The notes under the pieces: generated by a model
What the model was told of the DNA's origin: nothing
The model's database searches: none
Seen by the model: only the letters and a program-made list of their open reading frames with translations
Program-made: the position numbers and the translations under genes
Origin: Rhizophagus irregularis
Taxonomy: Eukaryota
DNA length: 64,000 nucleotides
Direction: 5' to 3'
Assembly: GCF_026210795.1 (NCBI RefSeq)
Contig: NC_089431.1
Coordinates: 2,356,001 to 2,420,000, forward strand
In this document: positions 12,421 to 25,375 of the stretch, piece by piece
Position numbering within the stretch: position 1 is the first letter of the stretch
How the letters are laid out: each line of letters begins with the position of its first letter

Positions 12421-15400
12421 ATTATTTATATATATAGTGAAATTTAATAAATTAGATCTTTAACAAATTAAATTTAAACTTAAACTGGATTTTTTTACTA
12501 AAATCAAATTACATATATTGAAATAATTTTAATGTATCAAAGTTTATTAGTAAAGTCATAATATTTGCTATAATAAATTATATTTTTAATAAGTTATAAT
12601 AAAAAATATCATAATATATAATTATAAAGTATAAATTAATAATAAAATTAAAGTAATATACTAATATAGGTATAATATAATAAATTTTAATTTTAACTAG
12701 AATTATTATAAAAATTTAATTTTAACTGAAGTTATATTATCTCTATAATTTAAAAAATTTAAAACTAAAATGAAAAAATTAAAATATAGTATATATTAAT
12801 TTTATTAATATAAAAAAAATTTTAAAATTTAGTTTAATAGATTTTTAATATATCAAAATTTTTTCATTATACTAGATATTCCAATAAATCAGATATTTTT
12901 TAATAAAATTAATAAATTTGGTTTATCAAATTTTACTGTGTATATTAGTAAATTAATACAATAAAAAATATAAAATATTATTTTTTATTATTATAGTTAA
13001 ATCTTTCATAATAATCAAATTAGTTTAGTTAAAAATGATAATTATACAAAAGTGTAATTATAATCATAAACCTTTAAACAATTATTTGATTAGTTAGTTT
13101 GTATTATTAAAAAAAAAAAAAGAAATTATTTTTTATTACTATATATATTATATTATAATTTATGAAAAATAATTGTAAAAAAGATTAAAATTAGTTTGTA
13201 ATAGTAGTAAGATTTTTATTACTGGTATATTTTAAATCAGTTATAGGATATGACTATATAAAGTATAACTATATAGAAATCTAACTGTATATTTTAAATT
13301 TTAATAATTTTAAAAACATTTTTAAATTAATAAATTTTATTTGCAAATAATTTGCTTATATTTATATATATTATTAGTTTAAAACCATTTGTACTATTTA
13401 TTTTTGAATAGTATTTGCTTTTAATTTAAATAAATAATTTTATTTATTTAATATATAATTATATTAAAAATAGAGTATTACAGGGGAATAATTTCTCTCT
13501 TAAGAATTAAAAAAAAAAATAAACTTTTATGAAATATATAAAATAATATAATTGGATATTAATCACATAAAAATTTGGCAATTCTTGGTTTTAAAAAAAT
13601 TTTTATTATAAAAAATACAATTTAATTATAAATATCAAAATTATGTAATTTTCTCAAAAACCATCTGAATAACTACTTTTTTTAATTTAATAAACCTTTT
13701 CTTCTCATAAATTTACATATAATTTTATTTTTAGATTACTATACAAATCAATATTTTAATTAAAAATTGAAATAAAAGGAGAGGGAAGGAAAATTCCTTC
13801 TGGTTAAGTTTAGTAATTCTCTTAAAAATATTATATAACTTTTATTTAATAAACTTCCAAATGCATTGTGGAAAAAAAAAAAAATTAAAAATATTAGTTT
13901 ATATTATCATAGATATTAAAGAATTAATATATTCAACAATTTAGTTTAATACTAATTAAATTATAATTATGTTTATATTTGAAATGGCAAAAAATTTGTT
14001 TTATGAAAAATAGAGGTATGATATATAGAAGTAAAGATTTTCCTAAATTCTTTAATTTGATGATTATTCTCTTTAATTTAATAGCTGATACCAGAAATAA
14101 ATTCTAGAAAAAGAACCAAATTGATGAAATATTTTAGTATAGTAATCAATTAATGACAAATTGAATATTTAATCTGAATAAGGGCTATGACATATATATG
14201 GGTTAAGCAAAATCTTATGTGACACAAAATTAAACATTTTTATTGGTTAAAATTAGTATTATATAAATAATTGAATATTTGATTAAAAAAAATCTTACCT
14301 GAAGGTAGGGGTAAGGTTCCTTATAAATTAATATATATCATTGCCCTAAGGTACCATTTAAGCATTTTTGCCATATGTAATTAACTGGCCAAATTGTAAT
14401 TTTTTGGCCAAAATCAAATGTGGGTATAAAAAAATTTTTATAGTCTTACCATGCCGTTTGCCATAAAGTAACTAGGATCCCGGCTTTTAGGTTATTGTAC
14501 TATAAAATTTATTGTGTCAAATACAGAACTTAGTAGTAAATTAAAATTTTAAATGACAAGAAGGTTATATTTTTGTCTATCAAAACTATCCGGTCAGCCA
14601 ATGAAACCTTTTTACACATTCTGAACTCAAATTTGTGATTATCACAATGGCTTTCTAATACTCAAGTACAAATTGTACACTCTTCAGCCATCATTAGGAT
14701 AAATTTGGTTTGATTTCTTTGGTGAATATAAAAAAAAACCTTTCCTGTTACTATACATTCCTCGGATAAGCACAAAAAAATATATCGCGTTAACCGTATC
14801 AAAATGTTCCGTCTGTTTATTTGATAAACAAATAATTAACCGAGATTGCCATAATGAGTATGATCTGTTTACGAGCTTTGTAATAAATCCATAAATGAAT
14901 AAATGATTTAGAAAAAAAACTAAAATCGATTTAGATATATTAATTTAAACAAATCGAATTTTCTAGGTCTATTACCATCATTATGATATAGTGCGACCTG
15001 TAAAAATGTAAAAAGTAATAGACATAGGGCTATTTATTTGTTTATTTAGTTGAAGGATGTACAGCATATACAAAAATTGCTATTACAGCTATTACAGCTT
15101 ATATTAATACAAAAATAATCCTCCTAAAAATGACGCTCCTGAATAAATCAATGTGAAATTTTATTTGTCTAGTCTTACATTTTTAAACTAAAAGAAATTA
15201 CTTATAAATTTAATAGAAATTGCTTTCTAATAAAAAAAATGTTGAATAATTTGAATAATTAAACAAAAATAAAATTTATGAAGGTCTATATTCAATTACA
15301 GCCTTACAGGCTTATAACCCAATTTCAGATGGCTCTATGTTTTCGACTTTAGATTTTCGCCATGATGTCGAAAAATTGCCAGAAATTTTTATTAAAAGGA

Positions 15401-17220
15401 GAACTAATTTAATAAAAAGAAGAACCATTAAACAACTGGATAGAAAATATTTCTATATGATCCTGTAAAGGAAGTTGTTTTAAAAATGTATTATTATTAC
15501 TGATCAGTAAATGTTGAGTTCTTCGATTTAGAAATTGAATTGAGTGACTCAAAATTCTTCTTTTTTTTCTTTTTATAATATTTTGATTTGAGGTTAATAT
15601 TGTTTTATATTTTAGAGACATTTTCAGTTATAATTTTAGAAAAAGGATAAAAGGGACTAAAAAAAATTATTTTTTCAAACTAAGGAAAGATTTATTATTT
15701 TATATCATTGCATGTTGTACAAAAATAAAATTTTCTTCGTGTGATTAAGCATCAGTAAACACAAACAAAACGGCAACATATGACAATTTCATTTATACAA
15801 AATAAGACGACGGAGTTTTAAATGTATTATCGCATCCGGGAAAAATAATCTGTGGAAAGCTGTGTGGCAACTATAAGCCAATTTTAGCAAGACAAATAAA
15901 CTACCAAATAAAGGATGAGAATCTATTATCTCCCCATTTGAATTATTTTGAAAGAGTTTTGGCGTACCGAGATTATTGACATTAATACGCGTCCAAAAAA
16001 AATCAATCTAAAAAATATATCAATATATTTAGTTAGCTCAGTATTGATATAATTAGATGTAATTTTAACATAAAAGAATAATTCTTTAATAATTAGCCGA
16101 CATATTGGACATAACAATCGTTAGATAAACTATTTACGAAAGAGCTTGCTATTATTCCTCGTCACAACAAATATGTAAAGTTAACATCATACATACATAC
16201 GTACACATTCACAGCATAAATCTCAATATATCTATCGTGATAACCTGATAGAACAAAAAGATTATGTGAAAAAAAAAAAGATCTAATTTTTTTTTTGTTT
16301 GTTGCTTTGTTCAATATTTTGACATATGCAATATGGCGCATATGGTGTACGTCATAATTTTCCTTTTAAAAAAAATGCACACGTGTACATTGTATACATT
16401 GAGTTTACGTATGTAATTTTGATTTGTTATTTGATAATCCTGTTCAACTATGATACCATTATTATCATATTTACCATATAACACATAACAAATATTTACA
16501 TAAGTTAATTTTAAAGTTAATTTTAACATTGTAATTGTTTTACATAACAATATATTTATGGCGTAGATTTTAATCTTAGATCGTGTTTCATATTTAAAGT
16601 TTGTATTTATTTAAAGTTTGCGGTATTACGAGTATAGTTGAAATAATTTTATATAATAATTATTGCGCCAGTCAGTTAAGATCATGTTGATAGTTTGCAA
16701 ATTTAATATTAAAGCTTAATTTATAGTCTATATAATTACAAATATATTTGATTGGCAGTTAGAAGTCCATCAAAAATCAGCATGTTCCTAATAGATTGAC
16801 CAATAAAAACTTTATAAACTCCAGATATAGAAATCTAGTATTTTATGCCGAATTTCGTAAATTTGTACTTAATTTCACGTAACAAGTAAGAAAAATCTGT
16901 GCGATTATGTAACATGACGTGACGATTATATTAAAAATTACAAGATAAAATTTATGTATTGTTTAACTTTGATTTTCCCATTATTACATATCAGATTCTG
17001 CGAAAATGTTCTAGATTTTATCAAATAGCTTGTTTTTCCAAAGAAACAAACCGAACGGATTTGGTTCAAAGTTTAGAAACTCTTAATCCCGAAGGTACAG
17101 TTACAATTCTTAAGAATCAAAAACTGAAATAAAAATCCCGAAAGGTCAATTATGAAGAGTTTATTGGGAAATAATTTATTATTAAGATTTTTTTTAATTT
17201 TGAAAATTTTCTTAATTATA

Positions 17221-17309
17221 TATTATTGGATGATTTAAATCAAATAATAGTCTAATGCGGCAATACGTGTCGTTATTAGGCTATTATTTAGTTTAATCAT
17301 CCAATAATA
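17221..17309. repeat. ~90-bp near-perfect palindrome (MITE-like)
   Basis: tattattggatgatt…aaataatagtctaat pairs with attaggctattattt…aatcatccaataata. Confidence 0.75.
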
Positions 17310-19478
17310 ATATTACAATTTTTATAGTAAACTTCCGTTATTATTGTTATTATCCAAAATAACAATTATGTAAAATCTGCATGAACTTATAAGGATAATG
17401 CTATGTGCATTTTATCAGTCACGTGATGTAACTTGTCAGAATAATCAAATCACGAAAATTAGCCGGCATTATGCCATTCGGTCGACATTAAGAAATTTAA
17501 CATGTTACAAACGCGTCCTCTGTAATTTGTGATTTCGTGAAATTTTTTGGTGGAAATCGGACGCAGGTCACGGGTTAACAGGGTATTTACCGCTGATACC
17601 ATCGAAATCATTATCCAGCCATACCCCTATTGTGATAGTCTCGCTCTCGCATTTTTTGGTCGGTTGTGGTTTAATTTGATGATTCTAGTAAGAAAACTTT
17701 AGTATATATGTGTGGTTCGTGAAATCTCGTATTCAAATCATTTCCGGTTTAAAAAAATTAATCTATAATTATTGCAAGTCAGTTAATTTTTTTTCTGCAA
17801 CATAGTTATTTTTAAAATATATTTTCATATGTATAGTTCCTTTAAACCTTACCAAAGTGTTTTAGAATCATGTTGCTTTATATAACTAATAAACAAGTTA
17901 AGCAAGTGACTAACAAGTGATTGACAGGATATGAGATGATCAGTGGAATGATGCCGGTTTCAACGATGTTTCCTAATTGAATCAGAATTGCACCATTTCA
18001 TCGAAAGGATGTTTTGCCAAAGGGTGGTGGAAATTTCTCTGAATGGATATTTTGCCGAATACTTTTCTCTAAATCATCCATTTCGCCGACACCAAATAAT
18101 TGACATTTCATCATTAAATTCAATCTAATACTCTATTTTTTATTAATAAATATTAATTAAATTTTCGTAAATATTTTGGAAAAATATTATTTGGAATTTT
18201 TTAGCGAAATGGCTTATGTAAAAAGTCCTTCAGTGAAATGCCCATTCGGTGAAATGGCTTTGACGAAATGTGCTTCAGTGAAATAGACTTCGGCGAAAAG
18301 TCAGGAATATATAATTGAGTCGTACAGTATTTTTCTTTTTACGATAAAAAAACTTTATAATCAGAATACCATACATTTTTACGGGCGTTTTATTACATTA
18401 CCTCTTATGCTTTTTTTGTGCAATCTTTATTTTTAAAGATAAATAGATACTTTAATATTTTGTAAAATGATCAAGAAAAATAAGCGATATAAAGGAAATA
18501 TATATGACATGCTTTCAATGCGGATCTTAAAGCTATTTAACGCAACGCATTTTCTTTATGCTAAAATTCTGGTTACGGTTCTGCTTCAATCGAAATAAAT
18601 CATATTTATGTGGGTATTTCTATGGATAATATAAAGGAAGATAAGTGATTATAGATACTGGGAATAATTATACTAATTGAACTAAATTAGATATAAGCGA
18701 AGAAACAGTATAACACAGAGATTTGCAGTTTCAATACTTCATTTCATCTACAATTTCAAAGCAAACATTATTAGTAATGGAGCCAGGTTTCATAAACGAA
18801 AATCAAACGCTCCATTTACTAGTATGCTTTTCACCTTTACATTTCCTTACATCCGAGAAATTACTGTAAAACCACAGAAAAAATCAAAATGATTAGTGTA
18901 TATACTGTATATATATAACCGCTTTTGATTGATGATTCGATATAGTAGTAAGATCGATTCTATTTTATTAGATTCGCTTGATTTTGCTTTAATTGTATGA
19001 GGTAGATAAAAAGAAATACCTGTTTTATATGGTTTGCAATAGGTCTAAGAATCAAATTTGAATCCTTCATCAGTAATCACAGGTTTGTATCTAGTACTTA
19101 CAACAAAAATAATTACTTTGCAAACATTAGAAGTTATATAATAAATAATTTAAATATAAAAGAAACTTTACATATACCATTTTTTTTAATAAAATGTACG
19201 CATGCCAATTTTATCTTTTTTTGGTGTTAACTTCAATTATGAGAGTAGTTAAGACTACTAGTTGAATATTTTATAAAACATAGTTTAAAATCTTTATTAG
19301 GCTGACTAGTAAAGCTTTGAACGTACATATCTAGTAAGAATTTTTTTGTAATTTCATATGTTAATGCACAAATCATGCATGTGTCATGTAATAAAATTTT
19401 TTTCTATGCAAATCAGCCTTCAGTTTTCTCCCAGCCGAGGTCACCTCTTCAATTCTTACAGTTTAATTAAACATAAGC

Positions 19479-20474
19479 ATGCGAAAATATGTGACTCTCT
19501 TTGGACGTACCGGATGTGGCAAGTCTTCTATTGCTAACATGCTGGTTCAAGGAGACATACAGTATATCGGAATAATAATAAGTTCACAATTGGACACGGT
19601 GCTGACGGAGAAACTGTTCGTGTAAGGAGTTACTTTACAGAAAAGTATCAAGTGTTTGATATGGTCGGATTGGGTGAACCATCATCTCATCTTGTTTCAC
19701 ATAAAAAGGCTGTTAAAACGGTAAGAAATTATTTTTCGGATCATCAGTTACTCCTTAACTATATATTTTATGTTCGGAGAAAAGGAAGAATTACTGAGGA
19801 AGATGTTAAGATGTTCAAATTATTCAAAGAGACCTTTAAAGGAGGAGAAAAGAATTTTATTATCATCATTACTCATAGTAAGCCGGGATGGATTACGGAT
19901 AATTTGGAAATAATAAGGAAAAATTTTGGAAATTATCCAATTATTTCGGTTGATTTTCCTTTGACTGATGAAGATGAAGATGACATTATCGCTAGCGATA
20001 AGAGAAAAAGGGTACAAAGTTTACAGCGTTTAGAAGACAGATTATCAGAACTAAATATAGTGCTGTTGAATTAGAGGTTCTCAGCTCGACCCAGATAATT
20101 GAGAAAAAAGTATCAGAAATTGTTAGCATTATTCCAATTGCTGGTTCACTGTATCAGCTGATTGCTTCCGGTGTTTATTATAAATTAGGAAAACCAAAAC
20201 ACGCACTTATAGGTGGAATTATTGGCGTTACTTTAGATGTTGTAGGCATGGCAGTCGCTAGACCTTGTAAAAAAAGTCGATCCATTTTTATATTCCATCT
20301 TTTTTCCTTATATCGTGGAATTTATCGAATTATTTACATTTCCGTGAATAGATCCGTGAAAGACTCATTTTTACGGAGTTTTTACAGAAATAACGGATAA
20401 AATTTTTTATAGGGAGAGCTGGTAAATGTGCACCAAAGCCGTTAATTAAAGACGCAGCTGAACAGCGCATTTAA
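19479..20474 (+). pseudogene. AIG1/GIMAP-like P-loop GTPase pseudogene with hydrophobic C-terminus
   Basis: Starts MRKYVTLFGRTGCGKSS (G1), then VFDMVGLGE (G3-like) and IIITHSK (G4-like). The frame is broken by a 5-bp insertion at ~19560, a 1-bp deletion at ~20056 and a MITE at 20263-20414. The reconstructed tail IIPIAGSLYQLIASGVYY…GGIIGVTLDVVG ends at TAA 20472-20474. Confidence 0.8.
20263..20414. mobile_element. 152-bp MITE with 3-bp TSD inserted in the GTPase pseudogene
   Basis: Ends ccttgtaaaaaaa / ttttttataggg, with aga duplicated at 20260-20262 and 20415-20417. Removing it restores the frame (gct aga gct ggt). Confidence 0.85.
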
Positions 20475-20950
20475 GAAAATAAAAGGATAAAAGGATATAT
20501 AACAAAGTCAGAATAAAATAATAATTTTTTTTTTCACTTTAAATTTTAGTATATAAAGTATTTTTTGTAGTTTTGTAGTTTTTAAAGTCCTAATAAGCCA
20601 AATTTAAGCCTTTGTATAGGACAAATTATTTTGTATTAAAAAAAGTTGTGCGATTAAACTTGTATATGATCTAAACTAATCAAACAAACAAATAAACCAA
20701 CATAAGAATAAGATTACGATGTTTTATGACATCTCCCATTTATGATTCGCAAGCCAGTTTATCATGTATCATTTTTCTACTCATGACCAAGAAGTCCGAT
20801 TTTTTTTTCCAAAATCTGTTAATGAACCATCGATCTGTGAGTGTATACTTCTATACTTCTGACTTTAATGCTAAAAAATTCTTATGAACCAATAGAGCTT
20901 TATATTTGAGCCAAATAACTTATAGTGCGTTAATATAAGGTAAATAGCTA

Positions 20951-21068
20951 AACTGTACTGTACGAAAATATTTTAGCCAATCATAACTCATTGTATACTT
21001 TTCAAATTTTTTTTATTTATCGTACAATGAAATCTGGTTGGTGAGTTCTCACTTCGTACAGTACAGTT
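20951..21068. mobile_element. ~120-bp foldback MITE, TA-flanked
   Basis: TIR (ta)aactgtactgtacgaa / ttcgtacagtacagtt(ta). The inner arms ccaatc…cattgta / tacaatg…ggttgg are also inverted. Confidence 0.8.
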
Positions 21069-23967
21069 TATATGTATACTCTTAATATAACATTAAAAAA
21101 GTTTTTTTTTATAACAATATTTTATAACTTTGAACTCGTGGTACAAATCCTCTTGACAATTCCGATGAAAATTTATTTCTTAACTAAGAACATTGACATT
21201 TCATTTACCATTTCTATAAATCGTGAATTTATTCCACGAAAAAAGGTACTTGGATAAAATAACTGAAATCGTAGATTCTATTATTTATTTTATTGATTTT
21301 CTGCTAGCAGCAAAAGTCAACGGTGCCAATTACAAGGATAATCGAATTCTATAAAAATATTCCGGTAAAAGATGAGTTGTTGGTAATAATTTTCAAAAAA
21401 ATAAACATTTCGAGCTATAATGAAGCCTTGGCTATTGTATACAAAGACTAATCTCGAAAAAGCTCTTTAGTTGCACATAAATGAAGGTACTGTGCTAAGT
21501 ACCATAAAACTTCAGCCTCATATCTACGTTTCGATTACAATTAGACCAAATATTAGTTTCTTAAAAAAAGAGATTTTTTTTACCTGGGTCACAATTTTTT
21601 TTTTAGTAATAAAGTCGGAAAGTCGGCACTATATGATCAAAGAATTTAGTGATTCTGTGTGAACCCTCAGTTTGACACTCGGCTGGTCCATATTTTTTTG
21701 GACATTTGGTCACGGCTGAATGGCTGAGTCGATGCCCGATGATGACAACATATATATTATCAGACCTTCAAAAGCGAATAGATTTCTAAGAATCACTGCT
21801 GGACAATTAGAATGTGTCAAAATATTATTAACAATTATTCTTATTGACTTCCAAACAAATGTACGACAGGTCGACAACAGGTGAATGAGTATTAATGATT
21901 TAGTTCATTTTAAGCAATATAATATTTATTGTGAGAACTTATATAGTAAAAGCACTAAGTGGAATTGAATGACTTTTATTGAAGTTGCTCACGTGGCAGT
22001 CAATATATTATACCTTTAAGTGAATACTTTTTTGTTCTTATTGACTCATTTAATCATGTGGGGAATATAAGTTTGTAGGGTCCCCACAAATATTTGCCCC
22101 ACATTTATAAACCCCACAATATGTTAAATGAATTCTTTCACCAAAGATTAGATTTTATCTTTTATCATTGAATAGTCATCGATTTCACATGGTAACAACT
22201 GACCTGACCGTGTAAAACAAATTACAGGGTTTTTATTGTTTTTACTATATTTGTCATTATTGACAAGTCATTCTTTAATCGCGTTTCATACAGTATATCG
22301 ATCTAATCTTTTTAGATACTTAAACAAGTAATAAATTAATAATATCATCAACAAATGAAGGGTTCCCTTTATTTATTACCAAATGGAAAATATTGACAAT
22401 GACAGTCCACTGTAAGCGTATTGTGTGCGATGATCCGGACATATAGATAAATAAATAATAGACAACGCGTTATTTATTGAAGTTCTTCCTGTATTTAAAA
22501 TAAGTCGATTGTGACAAGTTCCAATTTGTAGATTATTCTTTTCCTTTTTTTTACAAAAATGCATTCCTTCGAACAACAAAAATTTGCTAAATATTTCCAA
22601 TACAATAATAGTTTTTTTTGGAGAAAGAAAAAGTTCAAAAATTGGTCATTTAAACGACACTTTGAATATATTCGCACAATCCATTTGCAAAATAATTGTT
22701 TAATACAGTACTTTCTTCAAAATTGTATTTTATTCATGTCTGATATTTTAACGTAAAATACAAGAATCTCAAAAATTTAACGTTTTGATATTTAATATGC
22801 AACAACGAACGATTTTTCAAATTATTATTTTTTTACAACCACAAGAAATTTTTTTTTTGCTTTCTAAAGATTCAAATTTGCTAAGGAATCATTTTCTATA
22901 TAGAAGTCACAAATTTGATATTCGAAAGTATATTTTCTCAATTATCAATGTGAATTTTTTTCAAGACCTAGTATTAAGATTAAATTAATGTATTATACAT
23001 TTATGTATTATTCTTTATTATTTTTTTTTTATTATTATTTTTAGCTTGAAATATTTATTATCTAATGCCCTCCAATTTTTTTCAACTGTAGTAATAAGTT
23101 CATTATTACGTATAAGTAAAAATAATTTTGTATGTATGTTTATAAAATTGATGTAGTATTATTACCTTACTGAAATGTCAATTTACTTTAAAATTGTACT
23201 TACCTGTTACAGTAGTTTATATAAAAATTAAATATATGCTTCACATATTTCTTATAATTGTTATTCCTGTTTCTATTATTGGTGTATTACTGGTATATTG
23301 ATTCCATTCCAATTAATTATAAGTTATCAAAAAACAAATAAATGAACTATTCCAAATATACTATAAAAAAAAATACATGTAAATTTCAAACAAATTCTTA
23401 AAAATAGCTATAATAATTTAGTAAACCAAATAAACAAAATGAAATAAAATATATATATATATATATATATAAAATATGCCAATCTGAAATTTTTAGCTTT
23501 TTGATATAAATATTAATTATTCAGTTAGTTATAAAATTTTCAGTTATAATTATATCAAAACTTTTTTTATATTAACAAGTTAAAAATTATCATATTTATT
23601 AGTTATTATTTTTATTAGAATTCCATTTACTTTTAATAGATAGTTATAGAAATCACAATAAAATTTTCAGCATTTATATGTAAATTTACTTTACTTTTTA
23701 TTGCATTCATAATAATACAATATATACAATATAATATTTCTTTTTTTATATTATACATATTGCCAAAGTATTTTAGAATACTGTGATTATAATTTGGGAT
23801 GCTATAATTCATTTAGTTTATATGTAATTTACTATATAAAGTGCCAAAATAATTTGGGATGCTATAATTGAATTTTGGATTTTACTTACAATTATGACAG
23901 TTCAAAATAAAATAATTTATATTTTATATATATAGTAAAATCTTTAAAATATTTTATATATAAATTC

Positions 23968-24099
23968 TAAAGATGTTAGCCTTAATTATTTTTTAAAAAA
24001 TTTTGAATTACGGCTATAAGATTTTTATAGCCTTAATTAATTACGGCATATAAAAATTTTGTATTACGACACTTTTTTGAATTACGGCTAACATCTTTA
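23968..24099. mobile_element. hAT-type MITE, 132 bp
   Basis: TIR taaagatgttagcc / ggctaacatcttta, perfect 8-bp TSD ataaattc (23960-23967, 24100-24107), internal aattacggc repeats. Confidence 0.9.
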
Positions 24100-24635
24100 A
24101 TAAATTCTAACTATCCTTTAAACTATAAGGGTTAAAATTAATTTTAAAAATTTTTGAATTTTTAAAATATCTTAAGATCTAATGATCATAGAAAGATGAA
24201 ATTATATTTGTTAGATTTCTTTTATTAAGATGCATTTAATGGTAATAAAATCATAACTCTAAGATTGATAAATAAAAAGCTATATTGATTTATATAAATT
24301 ATCCTGTCACATAATATTTGTAGAAGGACAATTTTATTTCTATTAGATTCTTCTCATTAAGATACATCAAATGGTAGTGATTTTATATTTTTAAGATTAA
24401 TAAATAAAAAGATATTTTAATTTAAAAATTTACTATTTGTTATAATTTGTCAATCATTTACTTTTAAAAAATTATTAATCAAATTGAACTTTTTTTTTAA
24501 TTTTTACTTAAAAAATACTATAGAATTTATTACAAAAATATTGGTTTATGTAATAAAATATTTTAAGGTATTTAAAAGCGTCTTTAATTAAAAAACAAAT
24601 AGCAGGTAAATTTGGCTGCAAAACCTTTTAAGGGT

Positions 24636-25375
24636 TAACTTTTATTAAAGTAAGTAGAATTCTATTTTTATTATTATAATTCAATTTATAAACTGAACTA
24701 TAATTTAGCTAGTTAAAATTATTTGCTAAAACTAAAAGATTAGTATAATAGTAAAAAGGTAATAAATTATAATAAATTATATTAAAGTCTTGTTAAATTG
24801 TTAGTTAATTAAAAAATATAGATATATTATTTAAAATATTTTTAAAATAAGCAATTTTTAAAAATTTTATATGATTAATAAGTAAATTTCAAGTGTAATT
24901 TATTTATATATAATAAAATCTTTAAAATGTTTTATATAAATTTTACTTTATATTTAATATAACTTTTATTAAAAGTAAATAGAACTTTTATTTTTATTAT
25001 TACCATACTATTCTTAAATTAAACAACCATTTTTTGAACTTAATTCCAGCCAAAGTAGTTATAATTCTGGATAAAATCACTATAATGTGAGCCAAAGTTG
25101 CTTATTTTTAGGAGTTGTTTAATTTCAAAATGGTATGATACAATTCAATTTATAAATTAAATTGTAATTTAGTTAGTTAAAGTTGTTTGCTAAAATAAAA
25201 AATTGGTATAATAGCAAAAAAGTAATAAATTATAGTAAAGCTATATTAAAGTTTTATTAAATTATTAGTTGATTAAAAAATATAAATATATACTTTAAAA
25301 AATATTTCTAAAATAAGCAATTTTTTAAAATTTTATATAATTAATAAGTAAATTTCAAATATAATTTATATATAA
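24636..25375. repeat. Diverged tandem duplication of a ~320-bp AT-rich unit
   Basis: aacttttattaaag…aattcaatttataaa…aaaataagcaattttt…attaataagtaaatttcaa occurs from ~24636 and again from ~24960. The second copy carries a MITE. A partial further copy is at ~23910-23967. Confidence 0.75.
25003..25138. mobile_element. TA-flanked MITE (Tc1/mariner-type), 136 bp
   Basis: TIR ccatactattcttaaattaaacaac versus the reverse complement tcataccattttgaaattaaacaac, with TA on both flanks. Absent from the paralogous site at ~24675. Confidence 0.85.

Noticed and set aside
17970..18308. Possible TIR element with atttcgccga / ttcggcgaaa motifs
   Set aside because: Probably a decayed repeat, but the left terminus and TSD could not be defined.
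1030..23000. Numerous 60-80 aa ORFs in the AT-rich region
   Set aside because: F/I/L/K/N-biased random frames, often with non-ATG starts, and no motifs or splice support.
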